Shown one piece after another: positions 37,678-49,700 of a stretch of DNA of 58,478 nucleotides (positions within the stretch are counted from its first letter, which is position 1; the number at the start of each line of letters is the position of its first letter). The translations under genes were made by a program, and so were the position numbers. The stretch covers positions 1 to 58,478 of the forward strand of contig JAHBMJ010000040.1 in assembly GCA_018398765.1 (NCBI GenBank), given 5' to 3'. The DNA comes from Chromera velia (lineage: Eukaryota). Under the pieces are notes generated by a model. It was not told where the DNA came from, made no database searches, and saw only the letters and a list, made by a program, of their open reading frames with translations.

Positions 37678-37759
37678 TCGGTATGACTGGTTGGATGTGT
37701 GCCTTCTCTGAAATAGAAGGACTAAACCTAACAGGTCCTGTAAACACTGCCTACTAAAC

Positions 37760-38948
37760 AGCCCTGCAGGTAGCTAGGATTTTACGGGATTTTAGCCCAG
37801 GATTTTAGCGGATTTTACGGGATTTTGGCCAGGATTTTAGTGGATTTAGGCGGTTTTTGCCCAGGATTCTGCCGGACTATTTCTCCAGGATATTAGAGTC
37901 TAAAATCCTGGCTCTAGGGATTATAAAGACTAAGATCCTGGATCTTAGGATTTTAGAAATGAATGCCAGGATTATACGGGATTTTTAATACGAGATTTTA
38001 ACATAAACAAAAACAATGAAATAAAAGTCGATCACAATCGATGCCGGTTATCCCTTCAGGTCAAACTGGAAGTGTATCATTCATCTTTGAATTTAATTAC
38101 GGGATTTTATGGGATTATACGGGATTTTTAATACAGGATTTTAACATAAACAAAAACAATGAAATAAAAGTCGATCACAATCGATGCCGGTTATCCCTTC
38201 AGGTCAAACTGGAAGTGTATCATTCATCTTTGAATTTAATTACGGGATTTTATAGGATTATACGGGATTTTTAATACGGGATTTTAACATAAACAAAAAC
38301 AATGAAATAAAAGTCGATCACAATCGATGCCGGTTATCCCTTCAGGTCAAACTGGAAGTGTATTATTCATCTTTGAATTTAATTACGGGATTTTACGGGA
38401 TTTTACGAGATTTTTAATACGGGATTTTAACATAAACAAAAACAATGAAATAAAAGTCGATCACAATCGATGCCGGTTATCCCTTCAGGTCAAACTGGAA
38501 GTGTATCATTCATCTTTGAATTTAATTACGGGATTTTACGGGATTTTACGAGATTTTTAATATGGGATTTTAACATAAACAAAAACAATGAAATAAAAGT
38601 CGATCACAATCGATGCCGGTTATCCCTTCAGGTCAAACTGGAAGTGTATCATTCATCTTTGAATTTAATTTTATTCATTTCTTTAAAATCTCGTAAAATC
38701 CCGTATAATCCCGTAAAATCCCGTATAATCCCGTAAAATCCTAGGAAAAGGCGAGGATTTTAGCTTTCTTCCAGGATTTTATATAGATTCTAAAATCCTA
38801 GGTGTTGGGATTATATTTTTAACGTTAAAAGTCCGGCAGAATCCTGGGCAAAATCCGTAAAAATCCGCTAAAATCCTGGTCAAAATCCCGTAAAATCCGC
38901 TAAAATCCTGGGCTAAAATCCCGCAAAATCCTGGCTACCTGCAGGGAC
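37760..38948. mobile_element. Foldback/Mutator-like non-autonomous element with modular TIRs of at least 120 bp
   Basis: 37760-37880 (CCCTGCAGGTAGCTAGGATTTTACGGG...GGATTCTGCCGGACT) is the reverse complement of 38830-38948. The arms are built from ~10-bp GGATTTTA(C/G)CG units. The TSD is only tentative (CTACTAAAC / CTCCCAAAC). Confidence 0.75.
37965..38669. repeat. Tandem array of 5 x 143-bp near-identical units inside the TIR element
   Basis: ATGCCGGTTATCCCTTCAGG recurs at 38041, 38184, 38327, 38470 and 38613 (period 143). Confidence 0.95.
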
Positions 38949-39196
38949 TCCCAAACTAGGCCGGTGCCAAAGCCTTCATTCAAAGTTCAAACTCTATCAA
39001 TCAGATTTATGTTGTATATATGCACGAATTTATATAGGAATTTATCTGGGACTTTATGTTTGTATACAGTGTTACTGTTTTTAATTTGATGCATATATAT
39101 ATACCTAGATTGAATTGAAGTGAGGCGGTTAAAGCCGGTCAGCCACCATTTACGCTCTGGCTATGGAATCACAGGGCATGACTCATGCAATGTTGG

Positions 39197-42100
39197 CGCT
39201 ACGGAGTGTGGTGCAGTGGCTAGCTTGTTGTACGGGGCTCATATGGTATGAGAAGTTCTGTCATACAAGGTTTTTACTTCTAGGTACTCCCTTACAGACT
39301 TTTATACGAAGGCTTGACTCACTGCTGACTGCATGCATGCGCGTAGCTTAATTACATGGATGCAAATGCGCTCGAACTGCGTGCATCTCGATATGGCCTA
39401 ACATGCTGCTTCGCGTACCGTTGCGCGGCTGGCTAGCCTCACAATGTTACGTGCCACCTCCTCCCTGAAGCCACGTCCACGCTGGCTTACATGGAAAACG
39501 CAAGTGAATCTTCTTATACAACTCTTTTAGGCAATGGAGTGATGATCGTTAATTAGATCATCGCTTTTCCTTATACCTGCGGCATCGTAAAAAACCAAAG
39601 ATCGTCTTTCTTTTCTTTTCTTTTCTTTTCTTTTATCTCTCTCATTTCTGTTTTTAGAATTTCCTTTACTTTCTTTTCTGTGGCTCTTCTTCTCTTTCAT
39701 ATCGTCAGCTCATAGTCCACTCCAGTCAAACAATCACAACAGTTACTCCCAACCACCATCCGTACTGACTCCACTGTATACCCAGTGCACATGCCCCTAG
39801 TGCAGTGGCTAGCTTATTATACGGGGCTCATATGGTATGAAAAGTTCTGTCATACAAGGTTCTTACTTCTAGGTACTCCCTTACAGACTTTCATACGAAG
39901 GCTTGACTCACTACCGACTGCATACATGCGCGTAGCTTAATTGCATAGATGCAAATGCGCTCGAACTGCATGCATCTCGATATGGCCTGACATGCTGCTT
40001 CGCGTACCGTTGCGCGGCTGGCTAGCCTCACAATGTTACGTGCCACCTCCCCCCTGAAGCCACGTCCACGCTGGCTTACATAGAAAATGCAAGTGAATCT
40101 TCTTATACAACTCTTTTGGGCAATGGAATGATGATCGTTAATTAGATCATCGCTTTTCCTTATACCTGCGGCATCATAGAAAACCAAAGATTGTCTTTCT
40201 TTTCTTTTCTTTTCTTTTATCTCTCTCATTTCTGTTTTTAGAATTTCTTTTACCTTCTTTTCTGTGGCTCTTCTTCTCTTTCACATCGTCAGCTCATAGT
40301 CCACTCCAGTCAAACAATCACAACAGTTACTCCCAACCACCATCCATACTGACTCTACCATATACCCAGTGCATATGCCCCCTCCCCCTTCAAGGCCGCG
40401 TCCACGCTCGGTTAGAGAGAGTGTGACGCGCACGAGGACAACAACAGAGAAAAAAAAAATCAGACGCAAAAGGGCGGAAAACAGACATCGGCTTAAAATT
40501 GTCCTTTCGTTCACGGAGTCCACTGGATGCCATAGTACTGCATCTCCCAATCGGTTGGCCCTACAATCACCCCCAGTTCTTTCCCATTTGTTCGATCCGA
40601 GACTCCATTAGCTTGGTGCTGCTGCTCTGATAGCGGTTGTGGACTGATAGAAGACTGCGCTGAAGTGCGGGCAGTCCGCACGCTCCTCATCTGCCGCACT
40701 GCAGGTCTTACTTCCGGCACACACGGCATCACACTCCCTCTATTCCCATACATCTCCCTATAAAATGTTTCCCCTGTCTGTCTACACCCACGACGTGCCA
40801 AAAATGCATCCCAGTCTGCCGTGCCGATTCCCTGAACATTTGGGATCAAGTCTTCCCTTCCTAACCGAAAACGAAAAGACACATCCTCCCAATACTCATG
40901 CTGGAGCGGATCACGCGGTGGGACTGGCGTCTTTGGTTTTCCATGGGCTGCTCGCCTTCTCTCTTTCTCTTTGTTTTTCGCCTCCGTTCTCTCTTGCTGA
41001 CGCTTGGCCTGACGAGACGGTGTCAAACCATCAGTCTAAGAAGAGACTGCCGGTTTCTCCACTCCCTCACTGATTGGAGACAGAGGAGACCAAGGGCTGT
41101 CCGTCTCCTTCGTTTGCCTCACAGCCAACATTTCCTTTTCGTGCTTTTCCTGCCTCTTTCGCTCTTTCTTTTCTTGGCGCTTTTGTTTCTGTCTCTCTGC
41201 TTTCTTCAGACTTCCACCCCCAAAGTCATTTCCCTGCCCATCTGTTTCCAAACGATTGAGCTGCGGAGACGGGCTATGTGGTCTTTCAGACTGACAGTGG
41301 ATTTGCTCTCTCAATTCCCAACTCCCAACTCCATACAACGACTCAAACAAGTCTTTTCCCACACCTCCTTCTTCCTTCCCACCCCTTTCGATCCGGCATA
41401 GCTCCATCGGGGTGGGTTCATTCATTTGACCATCCCCTCCGGCAGGAGCCATCACAGGGGAGCTCTGACCAAAATTAAAAGTCGTCTGAGGTGTCACAAA
41501 GAACACGCCCCCATCGGAATTGACAATCCCACTCCCCTCTTGCACTTCCCACGTCCCTCTGCCTTCTTTCTGGGACGACTGACTGAAGTCGAACGTCGTG
41601 CTTGGAGTTCCAGCGAGTGTGGCTCCCACGCAGCTCACAAGAACACTTCTTTCTCACACCCGAGACATCTGCACATCTGTTTGCTGCTGCGACTGATTGG
41701 AAACGCCCGACTGCGCACAGCCGTGCAGCCTTACGCGAATACCGCCATCGCTCAGTGTATCTTCGATCCAATCCACATCCTCCTCTCTCACATGGAATTC
41801 AGACCCTGGGGTACCTGGTAGAACAATTCTTCCCTCTCTCTCTGTCCCTCGCTCAGGCCTCCTCTGTTGTTGCGAGCGACTAGAAATCTTTGACTGATTA
41901 CTGCCAAAACCTCGCCTGCACGCTTCACCCCTCTCTCCACTTCGTTTTGCATTTCCATGTGTCTTGCGCATGCCTTCAGAGAAGACATCTCTGGGCTGCT
42001 GGACTTTCTGTTTCCTCCCTCTCCCTGCTGAACCTTTTGGGCAACCAGCATTACAGTGCTCAGATAATTGTTGAGACTGCATTTGCTCTGCCACTTTTTT

Positions 42101-42852
42101 CTTCCAGGCCGCCTCTGTCAACCTGCGACTTCTGCGAGTTTTCGGTTTGCCCGTATCGGTGTGTCGAGTCGCATGTTGGACTGCACTCTGCTTCTCAGAA
42201 ATCCCAGTTGGTGGACCAGACGGTCTACTGGCTCCTGTGGACTCCAAGAGTCGCTCTGCAATCTTAAATCCTTCCTTCAAGAGGCCCTCACCGTTCGCTT
42301 ACACTTCTCCGGATGGAATGTCCTTGAATTTTTGAAGTTCACATACAAGCGAAAGAAAATTTCTGAAACATTCCCAGATCGATATGACCAACGTGCTACT
42401 GAAGACTTCTGAGAACTTTTTATAAGACAAAGCAATGAACTCGTACTTTCTGTTTGTTGCAGTGGTTGCGTGCGTAGTCAGTGCAAGCTGTGTGAAGCCG
42501 CAAAGAGACCTCGCACTGTCAGACAGAGAATATGTTCACGATGCGAGATGGACGGTCTGCGAACTCCACTGAGGCTGATCGTTTCGTTCTGCTACCATAC
42601 TACGGAGTGTGGTGCAGTGGCTAGCTTGTTGTACGGGGCTCATATGGTATGAGAAGTTCTGTTATATAAGGTTCTTACTTCTAGGTACTCGCTTAGAGAG
42701 TTTTATATGAAGGCTTGACTCACTGCTAACTGCATGCATGCGCGTAGCTTAATTACATGGATGCAAATGCGCTCGAACTGCATACATCTCGATATGGCCT
42801 GACATGCTGCTTCGCGTACCGTTGCGCAGCTGGCTAGCCTCACAATGTTACG
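39197..42852 (-). mobile_element. Non-autonomous LTR retroelement (255-bp LTRs) with a duplicated 3' region
   Basis: Direct repeats at 42598-42852 (5' LTR) and 39197-39451 (3' LTR). 5-bp TSD GTTGG at 39192-39196 and 42853-42857. PBS TGGTAGCAGA directly after the 5' LTR (42597-42588), complementary to a tRNAi-Met-type 3' end. Polypurine tract AGGGAGGAGGTGG before the 3' LTR. A 589-bp tandem duplication (39209-39797 / 39798-~40381) creates a third, 5'-intact LTR copy. Confidence 0.88.
40511..42470 (-). pseudogene. Long internal reading frame of the LTR element, broken by nonsense codons
   Basis: Track ORFs 41654-42280, 41036-41638 and 40511-41026 are all in the same frame, separated only by stop codons, and the frame continues upstream past one TAA. 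No RT, RNase H, integrase or CCHC motif is visible. Confidence 0.65.
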
Positions 42853-44611
42853 GTTGGTTTGTTAGCTTAGTGCATTCACTGCATTGACCCATTCATATAT
42901 GGTAACACGAAATTATGCCAATGTGGCTAATACAGTAGTGATATTGGCTATACATTCCTCTACCGCCTAAAGTCCGCCAGGACTCCGCCTTCATAGCCGC
43001 CAGAGGCTGAAACGACGATATAAGGGCGATCATCTCTTGGACTTTCTTTTCACTCTCCTCCACTCCCCTACTAGCTGAACCAACCACTAGCAACCACCCA
43101 TTAAGCAATTTCTACCCGTTTATCAATGGGTGGGCGCTTCCTAGCGCGCTCCTTTATTCTTTTATATCTAGTTTTAGACGATACAATTAATATGTTAAAT
43201 ATTACGTTTTAAACAGGCTGGATGGGGGCTGGCTGTACCAACCGGCACTTCAACCTTTAAGATTGAAACTGACTGGGAGAGTCTGATGCTAGGTCTGATG
43301 AAGCGCCGATATACGAATTCCGACTATAAGTTATACAATTTAAAGTGAGTATAAATAAACTTTAAAAAATATAAAAAGTAAAATATATTATTTTTCAAAA
43401 ATATCTACAACATATTTTTATTGCCATTTTTTTAAATACTGCATGCATGATGATTTGTTTCAGTTAAGATTGTATGTACAGACTTTTTGCTGTACAATAA
43501 GAAAAATTATAAGCTGGTCTATACTGGCCTGACTATTTGTGCAGCAACTCATTGTGTCTCTCTTTTAACCAACAAGAGACTCAGAAGTTGAGAGATATCG
43601 GTCGATGCACAGAACACCATGCGTGAAGTCGCGCACTGCGATTGATCCAGCATCAACCGGACAATCAAAACCAGTCTGGAGACAACACCTACTCCAGTAC
43701 CAAACGGGCATGCATCGATCCCCAAAGCAGGTCATTTTGACTACTTAATTTTCAAACATCTACATCTTGAAGCAACTCTTGTTTGGAGAATGTCAGAGAC
43801 CTCAAGACACAAGAAAAGGGACGAAAGAAAAAACAACTGAGCTAAAACTGCGATTTTTGTCATTCCGTCGCATTCATTCACTCCGAGTGATTCACAGAGT
43901 CTTCGTCATTGATCGAAATCCTCTATGTCTGACATTAAGCGCCGGTTCTGTCATGCAACGAGACCCCATGGGCCTTGGAGTGCTCAGGGGTTTTCGTCCG
44001 TCCCCCTTCGCCCCTTAGTGCTCTCTTCTGATGCTGATTGATTCGCCGAGACTTGAAGGGAAATGAAGGGAATTAAGGAATCTCTTGAGGATCGATCGAC
44101 AATCAAAAGAAGATAGATAGTCCACGTGTTCGGTGAGACAACAGCGGCACGTGTGTGTGTCTATGTGTGTGCGAGAAAGAGAGAGAGAAAAGAGGTGGCG
44201 ACCGGATTACACCTTCCTCCCGTCTGTCTTCTCTTCTTGCTTGCCTCCCAATCTCCCGTTGGAGCGGCCACACGATTTTCTTTTTTACAATGTTTATTGA
44301 AGTCGACCGAATTCCGTCATGCATGCAGAGGTCACAAGTAGTCTTTGTTGCATGGCGCAGAAAGAAAAGAATCACCTTGCAAGGATTTTCACTTGACCGC
44401 AAAACCTAAAAGTCTACAAGCCTCCCTGTTGCCCCGGCCGACCCGATGGAATTTCTCGAATCAACCTCCCCTGCATCATACCTCTCTATCTGAGGCCAAC
44501 TTACTAAGTCCATGGCCTACTCTTTTACTCCCCCCAGGCTCAGCTGAACTCAATCTGTCCCACCCATCCCCTTACCCTCCCTCAGCCGAGGCAACCCAGA
44601 CAAACACAAAC

Positions 44612-46663
44612 TCAGCTCTCCAGTCCCAGGTTCTTGTGCACATACGTGAGGGCAAGGAAGGTGCAGACACGGTAGCCCACTCCCAGGGAGACCACGATCA
44701 GAGCGTTCTCCCAGACCGTCTCGCCGTCCATGTCGTAGTCCTTCACGATGTTCTCCCCTGCATTCAACCAATTTCGTTCAAAGGACACGGGACTCCTGAA
44801 TTGTTCTCATTGACAACAGAGATGCCAAAGCAGACCAATGACCAACCTGCGCATCGTACTTCTTCTTTCTGTAGCCACTCTGGAACCCCCCACTTGCCTG
44901 CCTCCTCTTCTCTCCCTGAGTCACTAACACTACATGCATTTGTATTCATCCTACAAACAAACACAAAAACAACAAAGAAGCATTTTTTCAAGAAAGTGCA
45001 TGCACACACATCCTTCTGTCCACCCCACTGACACTGCTGGTCTCTGTAGTCTTGTCCCTCGATCTCGTTGAGGAACATGGCAAAGAAGCCAAAACGAGTG
45101 AAGGCGATGCTGCATAAGGGAACACAGGAGTGTCGCGGAGAGAGGGGCCAGGGGAGTGCATGTGTAATTTATTGGTGTGTGTAAGTGTTGCTGTATCCCG
45201 ACAGGAGTTTCCAGGGAAGGAGAGGGGCGCCCGGAACGAAAATAAAACGTCCAGACCAATGGATCGTCTGAAAGTTTACTTCGATCACTGCCGGAAAAAA
45301 ATCACTCACAAGTCAACCGGGCGAAGGATGCAAAGACTGATCGATGGAACGGAGACACAAAACACAGCAGAGTCCGCACAAGGACCAAAAGAGATAAAAG
45401 AAAAGAAAAGAAAAGAAGAAGAAGAAGAAGAAGAAGAAGAAGCACGCGGGAGTCATTGTGCAAAAACAAAACAACTGACAATCTGGCCCAGCTGATCCAG
45501 TCGGGAATGTCATCGTCTCCCAGGTAGAAGCCGGAGACCAGAAAGAACACAACGAAGCAGAGAGGAGCGATCACCTGGGCAATGTCAACTGAGGGAGAGA
45601 GAGCACTGCATGGACAGAGAGGCAGAAACGGAATTAACGGAGTAGAGGGCGTTGGATGCGCCATCGAAAAGAGTGGGTGGATCTGGCAATCAACAATGCT
45701 GGCAGGAAAGCAAACGTCTTTCGCCCTAAGTATTATCTTCAGCACCCGACGTACCCGCAAAAAGGGAATAAGCAAACAGCCGTGTAGGACATTGCGGGCC
45801 AAACAACTCCTCCCGATGAACAAAAGCAGCCATAAATTCTTGATGACAGATCCACAATATTCATCTTTACCCTTTTACAACCCGTCCCATACAGACACCC
45901 ATGCACAGCACTAGCTTCAGACTGACGAGACGCATTGGAAGAAGCCCTGAGCGGCCCAGACGACCGAGTTGGCAATGCCCAGGAAGATGAAGTACCTCCC
46001 GGCATCCAACCGAAGGCCGCTCTGCATGCAAGAGGAGTCATGCAAGGGAAGGGAATTCAGGAGGGAGACAGATGCATGCACGGGGGGGGAGAGATGGAAG
46101 CAGGGAATTGTTCTCTAGTGGACAGACGTCCCCTTGAACGACAGACAGATGCACACGAACAGGCCACACGATCTTTCTTCTTTTTCTGTTCCTTCTCTGA
46201 AGCAGAAACATCAAACAAATCGGCAAACAGAGAGAGAGAGGAAGAGAGGCAGAGATGCAAAAATACATGCAAAGAAACAAACAGACAAGCAGACAGACCA
46301 TGAAGTAGATGATTGTTGCCATCACTGAGGGTGCCAAATGGTTGAAGGGGAGCTCGCAGAAGGTCTTCGAGGTGAACCTGTACTTGCAATCAAATCAGCA
46401 GAATGTAATCGTGCACGTAAAGAGAAAAAATGACCAGCAAGGGAGAGTGTGTAAACGCACTGAAGGTTTTGCATACAGTCCACAGATTTGCCTGCAAACA
46501 GAGTGGCAGACCGCCGAACCCATCCCATTTGAATTCAGCACTGACCAGACGAAGCGCGAGTACAGACCACCAGCGTTGTCCCTGCATACAGACAGACAGA
46601 CAAGCAGACAGATTTGATGTTCTTTCAGACAGACTTTCAGCCCAAGCAACAGGCAGACGGCAG

Positions 46664-46718
<55 letters not shown>

Positions 46719-49700
46719 TTCATCGACCAGAGGAAAGAGAGGGCTTTGGGAGATTTTTTACAAATTTTTTTTGAGAGAGTTCGAATGCATGAGTGGACGG
46801 ACACGAGAGAGAGAGGTTTGATTGAATTGAATTGGAGGCCCTCGATCGAACCCGCCTTCCCAGCTGTGTGCATGTCTGAGAACCATTCTGCGTATCTGCC
46901 TATCTGTCCGCCTGCTTCCTGCATGGAGCCTCTGTCTGTCCCATTGACACGCTCATCTCTTTCCCCTTCATTCCGAATGCAAACAATCAACCATCCTGCT
47001 CACTGACTTGTTCAGCACCGCACGCTCCTCAGGGAAGAGAGGGAGCACGGTGAAGGCCGAGAACATCAGATTCAGCGTCAGCATGAAAAGGAGACCTGCA
47101 TCCAACGAGCGAGGCTCTCTGGTACCGTTTTTACTTGTACGCTTGCGCTTGCGGAGACACAAAAGTTGAATTAAGGTATTTTGTCAGACAAGTTTTCTTG
47201 CACGCAATCCCTCGAGGTCCATATCGATCATCATTCGATCGTGAATACAAAAGAAAACAGAAGATGTTTGAAGTGTTGTCTAACCAGAACACCCTAATGG
47301 GGCAAGGAGCAGAAGAGAGCGGAAGAAACACAGGTCTCTGAATTCATTCAACTTTTAAATTTCTTCCTCACCTGCTTTGTCTCTCGCGTCTGTGACTGTG
47401 TTCCTATCCAGCTGGAAATAGATACCGCCGAGGAAAATGCCGAAGAACACGGCCTGTCCTACCGCTGCGAAGGTCTTCAGGGGGTTCCGACCAGTCGCTG
47501 CGAAAATCTTCCACCCCAACATTCTCACCTGCACACGCACACGCAGCCGGAGAGGCAGAAAAGAATCAATTCTCCCGTTGACATCTCTGTTGGAATCTTC
47601 TTGCACTTTCGATTATCGAATGAGTGTCTCTGTGCAAGAAACTGCATCCATCGAAAAGTACTTGAAAGACCAGGCCACGGACATGATGATGGAGCCTTTG
47701 AAGTCTTTGAAAACAAATCTAATTTCCTCATGAGTGCATGTATTCTCTCTCATGCCGACTGACTGACCTGCCAGAAAAACCACGCGGTCTCCCTGCAGCA
47801 CACCACGGCTGCCTTCTCCTGGCAGGGGACCTTCGAGATGCTCTTGGCAGCCGCAGTCTCGTCCTGGCATGAGCCTTTGGCACTCTCCAGATCCTTCTTG
47901 GCCTTCTGTCCCCAGGAGGACCGGGAGAACAGGTCGGGGAGGGCGGCCGTCTCCTTGGGGGACAGGAACACGCGCCCCCCCTCCATCCTGAGTCCCCTCT
48001 TCGATTGGGGATCCGCGAGGCCTCTCTCGGCCTCCTCCTGAAGCGCAAACGCCTGCAGGGGAGTTGTGCCCCCCTCCCCCATCTCCTCTGCCGCCATGGG
48101 AGAGTCCTGGAGGGCCTTCGGGGTCTGCACAGAATTCAGGGGGTAGAATGAAAGTCTTTTGTGCCTAGAAGGGGGTAGAATGAAAGTCTTTTGTGCCTAG
48201 AAGGGGGTAGAATGAAAGTCTTTTGTGCCTAGAAGGGGGTAGAATGAAAGACTTTGTGCCCAAACAGACTGTGCTCCCTCATCAAAAGACGCAGTGTCGA
48301 TACAATCGGAAACTGGACGCGCGGCCAAAGGGAGTTGACGAAATTCGAGGGACATCATTGACCAAGATCAAACCACTAAAGGCATTCACAAAATGAAGGT
48401 AAACAGAGATACGGTCGTAAAGTAAGTCCGGAAAGACCCACGGGGGCGGAAATGGAGTATAACGAAGCCATGACTCAGAACATATTATACCTGCGTACCT
48501 TCTGCGAAGGTCTGGGGGTATCCTCGAGGCCTTCCTTCTGCAGAGACAAATCAGCACGGGGGGTGCAAAGCCTCGATCAGCGGTATCCTGATTCAAGCGG
48601 AAGGAATTGGGTGATTTTTTCAAGCGAAGACAAGGTCAAGAAAGCTGCGCGAATGCGAACAAACAGGAAGGCGTGCAGTCTGCATGTAAACCAAAAAGAA
48701 TGAGAAATGGGGGAAGGGCTGCACGACACCCGTCTTCTTTTTTTCTTGCAACACGCACTTACCTGTTTCCCCTTGCATCCATCCATTTATTTTGCATGCA
48801 TTAAATAGTGTGTCGAGTCACTACATCCTCTGCCTGGCCGTCCCCCAATCTGTTTATCTTTTCCCGGACACTCTTGCAACCACCAGACCTGCCCTCTCTG
48901 TGAGAGAAGCCAACCATGCATCGCGACTCCCAGGCAGGACGATAGATGCTCTACCTGCCTGCTGCCTGCTTCTCTGCCTGCCTTTCGCCAAGCAGTGTTC
49001 CTGCAAATCTCTAAAGTGTTTTTTCAACCAGATGAATGTGGGGAAGCCACCTCAGCAAGCAACCAGCCAGCTAGAGACAGACCGACCGACCAACCGAGGT
49101 CAAAAGGTCCAGGATGAAGTCACCAGGGTTGAACTGCGCGCAGACGACAGCATCAAGGGGGCAGGCAAACACGCATGCATGCACGAATGGACGGGGGGAC
49201 AGACAGAATTACAACCTCGATTCACATCATATAGCCATAAATAAGAGAGATGCATTCCACGACTCACGTGTTCATGCCGGCACCGAGTGACGTCAGACAA
49301 AGTGGAAGCACGTGCAGCAGCCACACACGACTCAGGCTGCCTACAAAGATGAGGTCGGGTGGAGACGTTCTTCACTGTGTGTGTGTTTTTTCTTTTTCTT
49401 TTTGAGGGAATGTGCAGCCGTACCTGAGGAGGGCAGGGGTACCCGATTGTGGTCAGATGGGACGTGACGGCCTTTGCGGGTCCGAAGTAAACAACCTTCC
49501 CGGCATTCAGGAGAAGAAGCTTGTCGAAGAGAGAAAACAGCTGGGACCTGCACGGGTGTGCGGACATCGATCAGGGTTGCATGGTGCATGGGGATCCCTG
49601 CGCCATGTGCAAGAAATGAAATGAAGAAGATTGGTGCATCGATTTGAGACTCAGGAGAAAACCTTTCCTCTGTTCTCGCACAGGAGATGAAAGAGACATG

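Noticed and set aside
37965..38669. CRISPR-like appearance of the 143-bp array
   Set aside because: The units are near-identical over their whole length with no unique spacers, there are no cas genes, and the context is eukaryotic.
39197..42852. DIRS/Ngaro split-direct-repeat element
   Set aside because: A 5-bp TSD, tRNA PBS and PPT fit an integrase-type LTR element. No tyrosine recombinase is visible.
48138..48260. 32-bp repeat as a mini-CRISPR
   Set aside because: The units are contiguous with no spacers; it is an intronic minisatellite.
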